Shown: positions 40,439-51,144, counted from the whole stretch's first letter. The stretch: DNA of 63,746 nt, filler included, from 9 parts of 9 records of this genome joined end to end with filler, not necessarily neighbours in it, one strand, 5' to 3'. Notes: generated by a model not told the origin, from the letters alone. Program-made: numbers and translations.

Positions 40439-40920
40439 TTTTTAGGATTATCGTGTAGTATTTTATCCAATTCTATTCTACCTAAATCCGATTTGAGCAA
40501 GAGTACAAACCGGTCTTGAGCAACGAGTTTTTTTACTTCGTTTGAATAAGACTTTTTCTTTTTTAGCCAATGATAAAACCAGACGAACATGGTTAAAGCG
40601 GCGAACAAAATCATGCATTCAAATAAAACAGGTATAAAAGATGGAATTGCCCAAAAAGGTTTGTTACCAAAGTTGGTGGGATAAGCCGAAGTAGATATCC
40701 AGGTTATAACCCCAAGTCCCGCGCCAAGGCCAAAAATTCCTCCAACTAAAGCCAGCAACGACAGGGGATCAGACTTCTTGTATATTCCATCGTAATAAGG
40801 AATATGCGTAGGTGAAAAAACATCAACAACTTCCAGGTTATTTGTTTTGGCTATGAGCCAGGCTTTTTCCAAATCTCCTGCACCATCAAAATTCAATACA
40901 TGATAACTTTGTTTAGTCAT
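40435..40920 (-). CDS. actD: Alternative complex III subunit ActD (DUF3341)
   Basis: DVFSP, YPTNFGNKPF..PSFIPVLFE..ILFAA. Confidence 0.85.
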   Translation of the reverse strand: MTKQSYHVLNFDGAGDLEKAWLIAKTNNLEVVDVFSPTHIPYYDGIYKKSDPLSLLALVGGIFGLGAGLGVITWISTSAYPTNFGNKPFWAIPSFIPVLFECMILFAALTMFVWFYHWLKKKKSYSNEVKKLVAQDRFVLLLKSDLGRIELDKILHDNPKK

Positions 40921-42202
40921 GGCTCAACGATTTTATTTCGGAAATTGAGATCAGAGGAAGAAATCTGATGGTCAAAAAGAAGAAGGTAAAGAACAATCCA
41001 AGCGTTCCCACAAAAAGCTGCACTTCGGTAATTGTAGGTAAATAAAACGTCCAGTTGGCCGGAATAAAATCCTTTTGCAACGAAGTAACAACAATAATGA
41101 ATCGTTCCAACCACATTCCAATATTTATAAGAATAGAGAACAAAAATGTTATCGCGATATTTCGTCGAAGTTTTTTAATCCATAAAAACTGCGGCACAAT
41201 AATATTTATAACCAGCATTATCCGGTAAAACAAAGCATAATCACCTACTAATCGTTCAAAAAACACAAACTTTTCGTAAGGGTTGTGTCCCTCAAAAGCA
41301 TACAAGTTTTCGATGAGATAAGCCAATGCTACCACTGTTCCCGTTGCTAGAACTACCTTGTTCATTTTCTCTATATGATTAAGCGTAATGAACTCCTCAA
41401 AATTCAATGTTTTTCGGGCAACAATTAATAAAGTAAGCACCATTGCGAAACCTGAAAATATTGCACCGGCAACAAAATAAGGTGGAAAAATGGTAGAGTG
41501 CCAACCAGGAATAATAGAAGTAGCAAAATCCATACTTACAATGGAATGTACCGAAACCACAAGCGGCGCAGCAAGACTTGCCAGCAACACCGAAATGGTT
41601 GCATGGTTACGCCATTGCTGCGAAGAGCCAATCCAGCCCAGACTAAATTTTCGGTAAAGCCACTCTTTTATTCGTCCCACTTTTTGTTTTGATAATAGCG
41701 CTAAATCGGGGATTAGCCCCACATACCAAAACAGCAGGGAAACCAAAAAATACGTTGAAATGGCAAATACATCCCAAAGTAACGGGGAGTTAAAATTTAC
41801 CCACAAATTGCGCGTATTGGGATACGGAAAAACATAATAAAACAAGGGCACACGCCCCATATGAATTATTGGGAAAATGGCAGCGCAAATTACAGCTAAA
41901 ATCGTCATTGTTTCAGCCGAACGGTTGATGGCTAAACGCCATTTCTGCCGGAAAAGCAAAAGAATTGCAGATATAAAAGTTCCGGCGTGCCCAATTCCAA
42001 TCCACCACACAAAATTGGTTATGGCAAAACCCCAGCCAATAGTGCGATCGAGGCCCCAGGTGCCAATGCCAAATTTTAAGGTATTGTACAACCCAAATAC
42101 TCCAAAACCTAATGCTAATAGAGCTAGCACTGTTCCAATATACCATAGCTTATTGGGTTTCTCGGATATTGGTCGGATAATATCATGGGTAATTTTCTTC
42201 AT
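40913..42202 (-). CDS. actC: Alternative complex III subunit ActC (NrfD/PsrC-like)
   Basis: ITNFVWWIGIGHAGTFISAIL, SPLLWDVFA, PLVVSVHSIVSMDFA, GMWLERF. Confidence 0.93.
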   Translation of the reverse strand: MKKITHDIIRPISEKPNKLWYIGTVLALLALGFGVFGLYNTLKFGIGTWGLDRTIGWGFAITNFVWWIGIGHAGTFISAILLLFRQKWRLAINRSAETMTILAVICAAIFPIIHMGRVPLFYYVFPYPNTRNLWVNFNSPLLWDVFAISTYFLVSLLFWYVGLIPDLALLSKQKVGRIKEWLYRKFSLGWIGSSQQWRNHATISVLLASLAAPLVVSVHSIVSMDFATSIIPGWHSTIFPPYFVAGAIFSGFAMVLTLLIVARKTLNFEEFITLNHIEKMNKVVLATGTVVALAYLIENLYAFEGHNPYEKFVFFERLVGDYALFYRIMLVINIIVPQFLWIKKLRRNIAITFLFSILINIGMWLERFIIVVTSLQKDFIPANWTFYLPTITEVQLFVGTLGLFFTFFFLTIRFLPLISISEIKSLSHD

Positions 42203-44979
42203 TTCAGCCCCCTTTCATTTCTTACCCTTCCCAAATAAGTCACCGACGGAAGTGTATTTAATTGTCCCAGAAGCATATAGTATCTATTGCTTTTTAGCAC
42301 TTCCGAAATTTTACTTTTAGTGTCATTCATGTCGCCAAACACAATGGCATTGGCAGGACAAGCTTGGGCACATGCTGTTCTTACCTCGCCATCCTCAAGC
42401 TTTCGGTTTTCAAGCTTAGCTTCGGTTTTTTTCTCCTGAATTCGCTGAATACAAAACGAGCATTTCTCAATAACTCCTTTTGTACGAACCGACACATTTG
42501 GGTTTAAAACCAAGCGTGGCAAAGGATTTTCAAGCTTCATAATTCCAGCCTCGTTACCCTTGGTTCTGTCAGCACGGGTATAATCTAGCCAATTAAAACG
42601 ACGCGTTTTGTAAGGGCAATTATTTGCACAGTAGCGTGTCCCAACACACCTGTTATATGCCATTTGGTTTATCCCCTCAACACTATGATTAGTAGCAGAT
42701 ACCGGACAAACATTTTCGCAGGGCGCAGCATCGCAATGCTGGCACATTACGGGCTGATATTGAACTTTTGGATTCATTTCATCGGAATAATATCGGTCAA
42801 TACGAATCCAGTGCATGCCATGATTGCGTAACATTTCTTCTTTTCCAACCACCGGGATATTATTCTCTATCTGGCATGCTAAAACACAGGTACTGCATCC
42901 CAAACAACGGTTCTGATCAATTGCCATTCCCCAATGAATACCTGCAAAGTTGGGCTTAGAATAAAAGCTCGTATAAACTTCTGCCTCCTTTTTGATGTCA
43001 GTTTCCCCTATCGAAAACTCTTTAATCAGATCTCTTCCTTCGAGCGAATCCTGAGTTTGTGCTTTTGCTATTTCAAGTTTTTGACCTGTTTTTTTAATGC
43101 TCACTTTCCCGCTAAAAGCATCTAATGAAAAAGCATTTACACCCAGCGATTTTGCAATTTCCCCCATGCCGGTTCGTCCGTAACCCGTTTCAATGCTGAT
43201 ACAATTTTCTGCATGTCCGGGCTGAAAGGCTATAGGAAGTTTTACGATATTATTTATTGCGATCTCATCGCCGGGTTCTAGCTGGTTATCAAAGGCAAAA
43301 GATGAAGATACCCCCGCAAAATGGCTCCAACTAGTTTTTGAAACAGGATCAGGCAGCTCATGAAGCCAGGGATTATTGGCCTGGTTAAAATCTTTTTGTT
43401 TATAGCTTTCCACCAGCAAAAACTCAGTTTCTCCTGATTCAATATCGGCTTTTAATCCTGCCAATTGCTGATGATCAAAATTCGGAGCTTCTTTTTTTTC
43501 ATATTCCTTCTTCAGAACTCCGTTTTGAATAGTGGTTAACCAAGGATTCAGGTTTATATCGTCTCCCCCAAGTTTTGTATTCCAGCTTTCTTTTAGCTGA
43601 TCACTATACTTCTTCCGAACAGCACTCCACTTTAATAGGCTATCTTGCGCCTGACGGGTATTAAAAAGTGGCTGAATAACAGGTTGCCCAAAAGCATATT
43701 CACGTCCCTGATATTCGTAATCATTCCACGATTCCAGGTAATGATTATCAGGACAAACAAAGTTGCAAAGTTGATTTGTTTCCTGGTTATAAACAGATAG
43801 TGAGACAGAAAAGTTAAGGGCTTTAATTGCCATTTTTAGTTTATCATCGGGAAAATAATAAGCCGGGTTTACTCCATAAAAAATAGCACCTTCTATTTCT
43901 CCATTCTCCAATTCCGAACGAAGAATCTGAAACTTATCCCAAAAGTCGAAATGATTGGTCGGAACTAAATCTATTGTTCTTTCGAAATTGTTAAGCAGCT
44001 CATTTATTCCCAATACCAATTTTTGGTTATCCACATCTTGCGATCCTGAAAGAACGATCGATTTACCTTTGCTGTTCTTCAGTTTTTGCATAATTGAAGA
44101 TAGCTTCGAATGTATAGCTTCGGTTTTCGAACTTTTACCTGAAAGTTCATTATAAATTTCAAGTAGCCACTTTTTCTCCTCGCTTGGTTTTATCGCAATT
44201 CTGAAATCGGCATTTGCGCCCGTTAACGAATAATTTGTCTCAAGCTGAATATGCTGAAAGGGAGCATCCAACTTTGCTTTTCTATTGGAATAAGCTCTTG
44301 AAAACTCTACCGGATTTTTCCAGGCTCCTAAAAAATCATTCTGAAAAGAAAGTACAAAATCTGCTTCTTCGAAATTATATTTTAAATCGATCTGCCCCAA
44401 ACTTTCCGATATAGCCTTGTAATAGGCATCAAGCGAAAATGGCGCAAAATTATAAAACCGAACATTGGGATAGACTTCCAGAAATTGTTCAATCCCTTTT
44501 AAGGTTGACGGACTTATAATTCCCTCAGCTAACAAAACAATTTTCTCTTTATTTTCGGCGAAATTTTGAAGCTGTTCAATAATTTCCTTATCCAATTCGA
44601 GCCAGGTAATTTCTTCATTGTTCTTTGATGGATTCTGTAAACGATCGGGGTCGTACAAACCTAAAATTGATGCCTGAACTCTCGCATTGGTTCCTTCTTT
44701 TGTAATTTCAGAAAGGTTGTTGCCTTCAATTTTTACGGGTCGCCCGTTAATTACACGAACCACAATCGGGCAGTATTCTCCTTCAGCACAATAAGTTGAA
44801 GCATAATGCAGAGCCCTGCCTGTTGTAATTTCTTCGGGCTGCACCAGGTATGGAATAGCTTTGGTTACCTGTTGCTCGCACGACCATAAAAAACTTCCCA
44901 AACCGGCTGAAATCCCCATGGTTTTTAGGAAATCCCTGCGAGATTCTGGATTCGTTTCTATTCTATGTTTCTTTTTCAA
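42199..44979 (-). CDS. actB: Alternative complex III subunit ActB (molybdopterin-oxidoreductase-like domain plus Fe-S domain)
   Basis: Tat motif SRRDFLK, GRPVKIEGN, CLGCSTCVLAC, WIRIDRY, CQHCDAAPCENVCP, CVGTRYCANNCPY, EKCSFC. Confidence 0.92.
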   Translation of the reverse strand: MKKKHRIETNPESRRDFLKTMGISAGLGSFLWSCEQQVTKAIPYLVQPEEITTGRALHYASTYCAEGEYCPIVVRVINGRPVKIEGNNLSEITKEGTNARVQASILGLYDPDRLQNPSKNNEEITWLELDKEIIEQLQNFAENKEKIVLLAEGIISPSTLKGIEQFLEVYPNVRFYNFAPFSLDAYYKAISESLGQIDLKYNFEEADFVLSFQNDFLGAWKNPVEFSRAYSNRKAKLDAPFQHIQLETNYSLTGANADFRIAIKPSEEKKWLLEIYNELSGKSSKTEAIHSKLSSIMQKLKNSKGKSIVLSGSQDVDNQKLVLGINELLNNFERTIDLVPTNHFDFWDKFQILRSELENGEIEGAIFYGVNPAYYFPDDKLKMAIKALNFSVSLSVYNQETNQLCNFVCPDNHYLESWNDYEYQGREYAFGQPVIQPLFNTRQAQDSLLKWSAVRKKYSDQLKESWNTKLGGDDINLNPWLTTIQNGVLKKEYEKKEAPNFDHQQLAGLKADIESGETEFLLVESYKQKDFNQANNPWLHELPDPVSKTSWSHFAGVSSSFAFDNQLEPGDEIAINNIVKLPIAFQPGHAENCISIETGYGRTGMGEIAKSLGVNAFSLDAFSGKVSIKKTGQKLEIAKAQTQDSLEGRDLIKEFSIGETDIKKEAEVYTSFYSKPNFAGIHWGMAIDQNRCLGCSTCVLACQIENNIPVVGKEEMLRNHGMHWIRIDRYYSDEMNPKVQYQPVMCQHCDAAPCENVCPVSATNHSVEGINQMAYNRCVGTRYCANNCPYKTRRFNWLDYTRADRTKGNEAGIMKLENPLPRLVLNPNVSVRTKGVIEKCSFCIQRIQEKKTEAKLENRKLEDGEVRTACAQACPANAIVFGDMNDTKSKISEVLKSNRYYMLLGQLNTLPSVTYLGRVRNERGLK

Positions 44980-45040
44980 ATGAAATAGTTTCTAGCTACT
45001 TGCTTTATTCTTACACATTATGAACTCAATTACCAATTAA

Positions 45041-45222
45041 CTAATGATGACAATTCATACAATCCCAACCGCCAAGCATTTTCACTTTTAGGCTGTCGTT
45101 TTTGATATCGTGGGTATATTGAAATCCTTCCTGACTAAGTCCTACTTTCTCTTTTTCGTGGCAATCAAGGCACCAACGCATTGTCATCGCTGTTTCGTTT
45201 CGCATTCTGTCCATTTCTTCAA
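45041..45222 (-). CDS. actA: Alternative complex III multiheme cytochrome c ActA, C-terminal end (absent from the ORF track)
   Basis: Manual translation EEMDRMRNETAMTMRWCLDCHEK...LGGWDCMNCHH* with two CxxCH motifs. Confidence 0.88.
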
Positions 45223-45322
45223 NNNNNNNNNNNNNNNNNNNNNNNNNNNNNNNNNNNNNNNNNNNNTTAATTAATTAANNNNNNNNNNNNNNNNNNNNNN
45301 NNNNNNNNNNNNNNNNNNNNNN

Positions 45323-45568
45323 GGTTTTTAGATTTCCTTCCAGGAAATGGCATTCACCTTCCAGTCAGCCGGCCACATACACGCCGTCGGCTCCTCCTTC
45401 GAAGGCCGTCAGCAGGTGAAGAATGTCAACCCGGCCGCTACACGGTACCTGAATCACCTTTACATTGCTTGGATAATTCAAGCGCATGGACCCAGCAAGG
45501 TCGGCGGCTGCATACGCGCAATACTTGCAGCAGTATGCCAAAATCTGGGGTTCAAAGCTTTCACTCAT
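45323..45568 (-). CDS. mvhD: MvhD-like [2Fe-2S] subunit with in-frame UGA (selenocysteine); 3' truncated
   Basis: CCKYCAYAAADLAG, VPCSGR, GADGVYVAG-(TGA at 45365-45367)-LEGECHFLEGN; similarity continues past the TGA. Confidence 0.9.
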
Positions 45569-45751
45569 GGTCATCTCCAAAAAGTTTAGATTGTTAGCTG
45601 TTTAGGCTGAAGACCGAAGAAAAACTACCGGATTTATACGTATGTTTTATGCTTTTCTTCAGTCTAAACATCTTCAGCCTATCTACCTATTTTTAGGGCG
45701 CCCGGAGTTCTCAGGCTGCCGTTGGTTTCGGCGCCCTTTTTCCCTATCTTG

Positions 45752-48700
45752 TCACGCGGCTTCGCCCTTTTTTTTGGCAAAAAGCGCCGCCGTTTTAGCA
45801 ACGATCTGTTCATCGGTAAAATGTTTGAGTTGAATTGCCTTGCCCGGACATTCTGCCACACAACAACCGCAACCATGGCATTCCGCCGGCTCGATCACCG
45901 CATGGCCCTCTTCACCGATGTATGGAATGTTATATGGACATGTCCGGACACAGGTAACGCAGACAGCGCACTTGTCCGGGTCCACATCGGCAACCACACC
46001 ACCGACCATGATTGCCTCTTGGGAGAGAATGGTCATGGCCCGGGAGACAGAAGCTCTTGCCTGGGCAATGGTCTCTTCCAAAGGTTTGGGATAATGGGCC
46101 AATCCCGCCATGAAAAGGCCCTCAGACCCGAAATCAACCGGACGCAGCTTGGCATGCGCTTCGACCAGGAAGCCTTCGGCTGTGATGGGAACCTTGAACA
46201 ATTCGAAAAGGTCCTTGTTTTCATTGGGAAGTACTGCCGTCGCCAGTACAAGCAGGTCCGGTTTCAACTCCATCTGCATCTGGAGGACATGGTCACGAAC
46301 CTTTACGCTGAGTTCGCCGTCGACCTCCGTCACGTCAGGAAGGTTGTCTTCCAAATTGTACCGCATGAAGATGACGCCCAGCTCGCGAGCCTTCTTGTAC
46401 ATCTCTTCTCGGAAACCATAAGTACGGATATCCCTGTAGAGGACGTAGACATTCGTATCAGGGTTCCTCTTTTTGAGCTCAAGCGCATTTTTCATTGTAT
46501 GCGTACAACACAGTCTGCTGCAGTAGGGCCGCTCTTCCGTCCGCGAGCCGACGCACTGGATGAAGGCCACGGTTTTTGCATCGGAAACCCGTGAGTCTTC
46601 AGCTTCCAGTGCTGCGTCAAAGTCGAAGTGGGAAAGTACGTTCGGATTCTTGCCGTACAGATACTCGGTTGGCGTGTACTCTTTTCCACCGGTGGCGATA
46701 ATCGTCGCGCCATGTTCCACGACCGTCTCGGTCAAGGTTTCACCCGATGTCATCAACGTGGTGGTAAAATTCCCCATAATACCGGTGGTCTCCACAGCCT
46801 CCGTGTTCATGAAGACCCGGATCTTCTCGTTGCTGCGAACCTTTTCGACAAGATTTTCCAGATAAGGCTTCACCGGTTCTCCCTGCCAGGTGGCCCGCAG
46901 CAGGTGGGCCACTCCGCCCAATCCATTGCCCCGTTCCACCAGATAGACCTGGAGTCCCTGCTCAGCCACGCCCAGGGCCGACTCCATACCGGCGACGCCG
47001 CCTCCGATCACGATAACCTTTTGAATGACTTCCAGTCTGACCTGGTGCAACGGTTCGATGTGAGCGGCTTTGGCCACCGCCATGCGAACAAGATCTTTGG
47101 CTTTTGACGTCGCACGCTCCGGATCGTTCATGTGTACCCATGTGTTCTGGTCACGGATATTGGCCATTTCGAACAGGTACTTGTTCAGGCCTGCATCCCT
47201 GATGGTTTCCTGGAACAACGGTTCATGGGTGCGTGGAGAACAGGAGGCCACGATGACTCGGTTGATCTCGTGTTCCTTGATCACCTCTTTCATCTTATCC
47301 TGGGTATCCTGGCTGCAGGTGAAGAGGTTGTCTTCCACATGAACAACATTGGGAAGCGTTGCCGCATATTCACGAACGGCCGGCACGTCGGCAACACCGC
47401 CGATATTGATTCCACAGTTACAAACAAAGACACCGACCCTCGGCTCCTGTTCGGAAACATCGATCTCCGGTGGCAGTTCCTTGGTTTTGATCAACGTTCC
47501 TCTGGCCTCGGCCAACGGGCTTGTCGCCGTGGACGCTGCGGCAGAGGCTTCCATCACCGATTGAGGAATGTCCTTGGGTTCCTGGAAAGCTCCGCACACG
47601 AAAACACCGGGCCTTGAAGAGCTGACCGGCTCAAGGGTTCGGGTAGCTGCATGAAGATGTTGGTTGAGGTCGATGTCCATGATTTTGGCCAGATCGACGG
47701 ACTCCTTGTTGGGTGCCAGACCGATGGCCAAAACGACCATATCGAACACCTCTTCGACCAACTCGCCTTCTTCGGTGATATAGCGAAGCCTCAGGTTGTC
47801 ATCGTCCACCGGATCAATGGTGTGCACCTTGGACCGGAGAAATCTTACTCCCCGCTCATCCCGCGTACGCATGTAGTACTTCTCGAACTCTTTTCCATGG
47901 GTCCGCATGTCCATGAAGAAGACAGCCGTATCCAGCGGCTTTTCACTATGCTCTTTGGCGATTACCGTCTGCTTGTTGGTGTACATGCAGCAAACAGAGG
48001 AGCAGTAGCTATGGTCCGAGCAATTGATATCCCGTGATCCCACGCATTGGAGCCATGCAATTTTGTCCGGCTCTTTGTGGTCCGAAGGCCTCACCAGATG
48101 CCCTTCGAAGGGACCTGATGCGGAGAGAATTCTCTCCATCTCCAGGCTGGTGACCACATTGGGGTGTGTGGCATAAGGATAGGTCGGATGGTTGGTGGGA
48201 TCGAAAGGAGTAAAACCGGGTGCCAGGATAATGGCGCCCACATTAATGGTCTTCTCTTCCGCCACCATGTCGTGGTTGACTGCTTCGGCCAGGCAGGCGT
48301 CGACACATTGGTAGCACTCGGAGCAGAGCCCGCACTTGAGACAGCGGTCCGCCTCTGTTTTGGCCTCCTCCTCGTTGAAGCCGTATGAGACTTCAAGAAA
48401 ATTACACTCACGGGCCTCGGGATCCAGACAGCGCACCGTCGTTCGCGGTTTGTTTGCCTCCTCGCTCATATCGGGCTTGACGAAATCCCATTCCTTCTGC
48501 CGACCTTCGGTGAGATCCATCCCGTTGATAAAGCGGTGAATACTTTCCGCCGCTTCTTTGCCGCAGGCCACAGCATCCACAACGGACTTGGGCCCGTAAT
48601 AGGCGTCGCCACCGGCGAAAACCCAGTCGATGGGTGTCTGCAACGTGACCGGATCGGCTTCCAGGCCGCCGGGACGGGAGATCGCGACACCCTGCTCCTT

Positions 48701-50221
48701 GAGACCGGTCAAGTTCGTGCTCTGACCGATGGCGACGATGATGGTATCGCCGAAAAAGGGCTGGCATTCCCCCTCGTCATAAGCGGGGTTGAAGCGTCCG
48801 TCTTCGTCGAAAACCGCTGTACAGGTCTTGAACTCAATGCCCGAAACGCGCTTGTTCTTGTCTATATAAAAGGATTTGGGTCCGAAACTGTTGACGATGT
48901 TGATATCGCCTTCTAATGCTTCTTCGATTTCGTGCTCCCAAGCAGGCATCTCTTCACGCTTTTCAAGGCAGATCAGGGTGACATTCTTGGCGCCTTTACG
49001 TTTGGCGGTGAGGGCCACATCGATCGCCACGTTACCGCCACCCACAACGATCACGTCTTCGCCCAAATCGATATCTTTGCCCATGGATGCATCCCGCAAA
49101 AAATCGACACCCTGAAGCACACCTTCCGAATCTTCGTTGTCGACCCCCAGATTTCGTCCGCCATGAAGACCGATGGCCATGTAGCAGGCGCTGTAACCGT
49201 CGGCTTTGAGGCTATCTAGAGTAATGTCGGAACCGAAGGTGATATTGCAATTGATCTCGGCGCCCATCTTGCGGACGATGTCGATTTCATCAGCAAGAAT
49301 ATCCCTGGGAAGACGGTATTCGGGAATTCCGTACCGCATCATTCCGCCGGGTTCTGGCAGTTTTTCGAAGACGGTCACTCCGTATCCTTGCTGAAGCAGA
49401 TAAGAGGCTGCGGTGATACCGGAAGGACCGGAGCCGATGACGGCAACCTTTTCCTCCCTTTTCTCAGCGGTAATTTCGGGAACGTAGGTCTCGCCACTCT
49501 CTCTTTCAAAGTCGGCCAGAAACCGGTGGAGTTCCCGGATGGCAAGCGGCTGATCCACATCGTTGCGCGAACAGGCACTCTCGCAGGGGTGATGGCAGAC
49601 ACGGCCACAAACGGCCGGGAAAGGGTGATCATCCCTGAACAGCTTCAAGGCTTCTTTGTAGCGACCGTCATTGATCAGCGCGATGTATCCCTGGATGCTC
49701 ACATGTGCCGGACAGGTCGCCTTGCAAGGTGCTGTTCCATTTTTTTCAATGGCGTAGGCGCTGGGCATCCCCTGGGGGTAGAGCTTGAAAGCCGCTTTGC
49801 GGTCCCTCAATCCTTCGTCGAACAGGTTCGGCGTCTCAATGGGGCAGGCTTTGGAACACTCCCCGCATGCCGTACACTTGTCCATCTCAATGTAGCGGGC
49901 GTTTTGCCGCAACCTTACGGTAAAATTACCGATCTCGCCGGAAACCTCTTCGATATCCGTTAGGGTCATCAGGTCGATGTTCAAATGCCTCCCGCATTCC
50001 ACCAGTTTAGGGGAGATCACACACATGGAACAGTCATTCGTCGGAAAGGTTTTGTCCAACTGGGCCATGACACCGCCGATGGCGGACTTTGCTTCGGTCA
50101 TGTGGACGTAGTAACCCGAATCCGCAAGATCCAGCGAAGCCTGTATGCCCGCAATACCGCCGCCGACAACCAGTACGCTGCCGACAACGTCTTTGCTTTG
50201 GGTTTTTCCTTTTTCAGCCAT
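45752..50221 (-). CDS. hdrA: Large HdrA-like flavoprotein with inserted GltD-like NAD(P)H-binding module (HdrL type)
   Basis: VGGGIAG, QLDKTFPTNDCSMC; GltD-like CGRVCHHPCESAC/IGSGPSG; QCVGSRD..CSSVCC; second HdrA module ACSPRTHE/VIGGGVAG; C-terminal 2x[4Fe-4S]. Confidence 0.9.
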   Translation of the reverse strand: MAEKGKTQSKDVVGSVLVVGGGIAGIQASLDLADSGYYVHMTEAKSAIGGVMAQLDKTFPTNDCSMCVISPKLVECGRHLNIDLMTLTDIEEVSGEIGNFTVRLRQNARYIEMDKCTACGECSKACPIETPNLFDEGLRDRKAAFKLYPQGMPSAYAIEKNGTAPCKATCPAHVSIQGYIALINDGRYKEALKLFRDDHPFPAVCGRVCHHPCESACSRNDVDQPLAIRELHRFLADFERESGETYVPEITAEKREEKVAVIGSGPSGITAASYLLQQGYGVTVFEKLPEPGGMMRYGIPEYRLPRDILADEIDIVRKMGAEINCNITFGSDITLDSLKADGYSACYMAIGLHGGRNLGVDNEDSEGVLQGVDFLRDASMGKDIDLGEDVIVVGGGNVAIDVALTAKRKGAKNVTLICLEKREEMPAWEHEIEEALEGDINIVNSFGPKSFYIDKNKRVSGIEFKTCTAVFDEDGRFNPAYDEGECQPFFGDTIIVAIGQSTNLTGLKEQGVAISRPGGLEADPVTLQTPIDWVFAGGDAYYGPKSVVDAVACGKEAAESIHRFINGMDLTEGRQKEWDFVKPDMSEEANKPRTTVRCLDPEARECNFLEVSYGFNEEEAKTEADRCLKCGLCSECYQCVDACLAEAVNHDMVAEEKTINVGAIILAPGFTPFDPTNHPTYPYATHPNVVTSLEMERILSASGPFEGHLVRPSDHKEPDKIAWLQCVGSRDINCSDHSYCSSVCCMYTNKQTVIAKEHSEKPLDTAVFFMDMRTHGKEFEKYYMRTRDERGVRFLRSKVHTIDPVDDDNLRLRYITEEGELVEEVFDMVVLAIGLAPNKESVDLAKIMDIDLNQHLHAATRTLEPVSSSRPGVFVCGAFQEPKDIPQSVMEASAAASTATSPLAEARGTLIKTKELPPEIDVSEQEPRVGVFVCNCGINIGGVADVPAVREYAATLPNVVHVEDNLFTCSQDTQDKMKEVIKEHEINRVIVASCSPRTHEPLFQETIRDAGLNKYLFEMANIRDQNTWVHMNDPERATSKAKDLVRMAVAKAAHIEPLHQVRLEVIQKVIVIGGGVAGMESALGVAEQGLQVYLVERGNGLGGVAHLLRATWQGEPVKPYLENLVEKVRSNEKIRVFMNTEAVETTGIMGNFTTTLMTSGETLTETVVEHGATIIATGGKEYTPTEYLYGKNPNVLSHFDFDAALEAEDSRVSDAKTVAFIQCVGSRTEERPYCSRLCCTHTMKNALELKKRNPDTNVYVLYRDIRTYGFREEMYKKARELGVIFMRYNLEDNLPDVTEVDGELSVKVRDHVLQMQMELKPDLLVLATAVLPNENKDLFELFKVPITAEGFLVEAHAKLRPVDFGSEGLFMAGLAHYPKPLEETIAQARASVSRAMTILSQEAIMVGGVVADVDPDKCAVCVTCVRTCPYNIPYIGEEGHAVIEPAECHGCGCCVAECPGKAIQLKHFTDEQIVAKTAALFAKKKGEAA

Positions 50222-50277
50222 TATGCCTTCCTCGTCTATGGTTGATGATTGAGGGATTTTCGTCGGCCCTCTGCCGA

Positions 50278-51144
50278 TTAAAGCATGTCCATTAACTTCT
50301 GCAGTTTCGCCTCCCAGCCCAAAGCGGAAATCTTCACACCGGCAAATCCGGCCGATTTCGCTTCCAAAAGAATCTCCGAAGCCAGGGTGAGGCTTTCCAG
50401 CGGTTTATCCGGAGCGTGCATCATTCGTTTGATCAGATCCTGAGAAATGGTCATGTTCATGTGCCTGGCCAGGTAGCGCGCCATTCCAACGGATTTAAGC
50501 AGCATGACGGTGGGCAAAACCTTCGTCTTTTTCAAATCAACCGCTTCCATGAACGGAGCGATGGCATTGAAATCGAAAACCGGAGGGGCGATAAAAAATT
50601 CAACACCGGCCTCTTTTTTTGCTTCCATTACTTCCAACTCTTTTTTCAGATCATCTCCGGTAGCACGTGCATTGACGTTGGCACCCACAAAAAAAGAGGG
50701 GGCTCCTGACAGTTCATTGCCGGCGAGGTCCCGTCCCGTTTGGAGGGTAGAAATCGCTTTGAACAAGGTCATTAAATCGATATCGTGAACCGCCATTGCC
50801 TGGTGGTGATCCCCCAGGCTTGGATCTTCTCCGGAAACACCCATAAGATTAACGATGCCTATACCGTAGGCGGCCAACAGGTCCGCCTGAAGGGCAATAC
50901 GGTTTCGATCTCGACAATTAACCTGCATGATGGTCTGCAAGCCTTGGGCTTGAAGCATCATGGCGCCTCCCAGCGCGCTCATCCGCATAACGGCATTTCC
51001 CATCTCCGGGACAAGAAACGCGTCAATCGATTTTTTTACCCGCGTTGCGCTGTTGACCATTTCCGAAACATCCACCCCCTTCGGCGGTTGCATTTCCGCA
51101 AGAATGATGAACTTACCGACATCGAATCTGTTCTTAAGATACAT
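50278..51144 (-). CDS. metF: Methylenetetrahydrofolate reductase (MetF)-like protein
   Basis: AEMQPPKG, NCRDRNRIALQADLL, GEDP, LEVMEAKKEAGVEFF; ATG at 51144 after AGAAGGGG. Confidence 0.78.
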   Translation of the reverse strand: MYLKNRFDVGKFIILAEMQPPKGVDVSEMVNSATRVKKSIDAFLVPEMGNAVMRMSALGGAMMLQAQGLQTIMQVNCRDRNRIALQADLLAAYGIGIVNLMGVSGEDPSLGDHHQAMAVHDIDLMTLFKAISTLQTGRDLAGNELSGAPSFFVGANVNARATGDDLKKELEVMEAKKEAGVEFFIAPPVFDFNAIAPFMEAVDLKKTKVLPTVMLLKSVGMARYLARHMNMTISQDLIKRMMHAPDKPLESLTLASEILLEAKSAGFAGVKISALGWEAKLQKLMDML

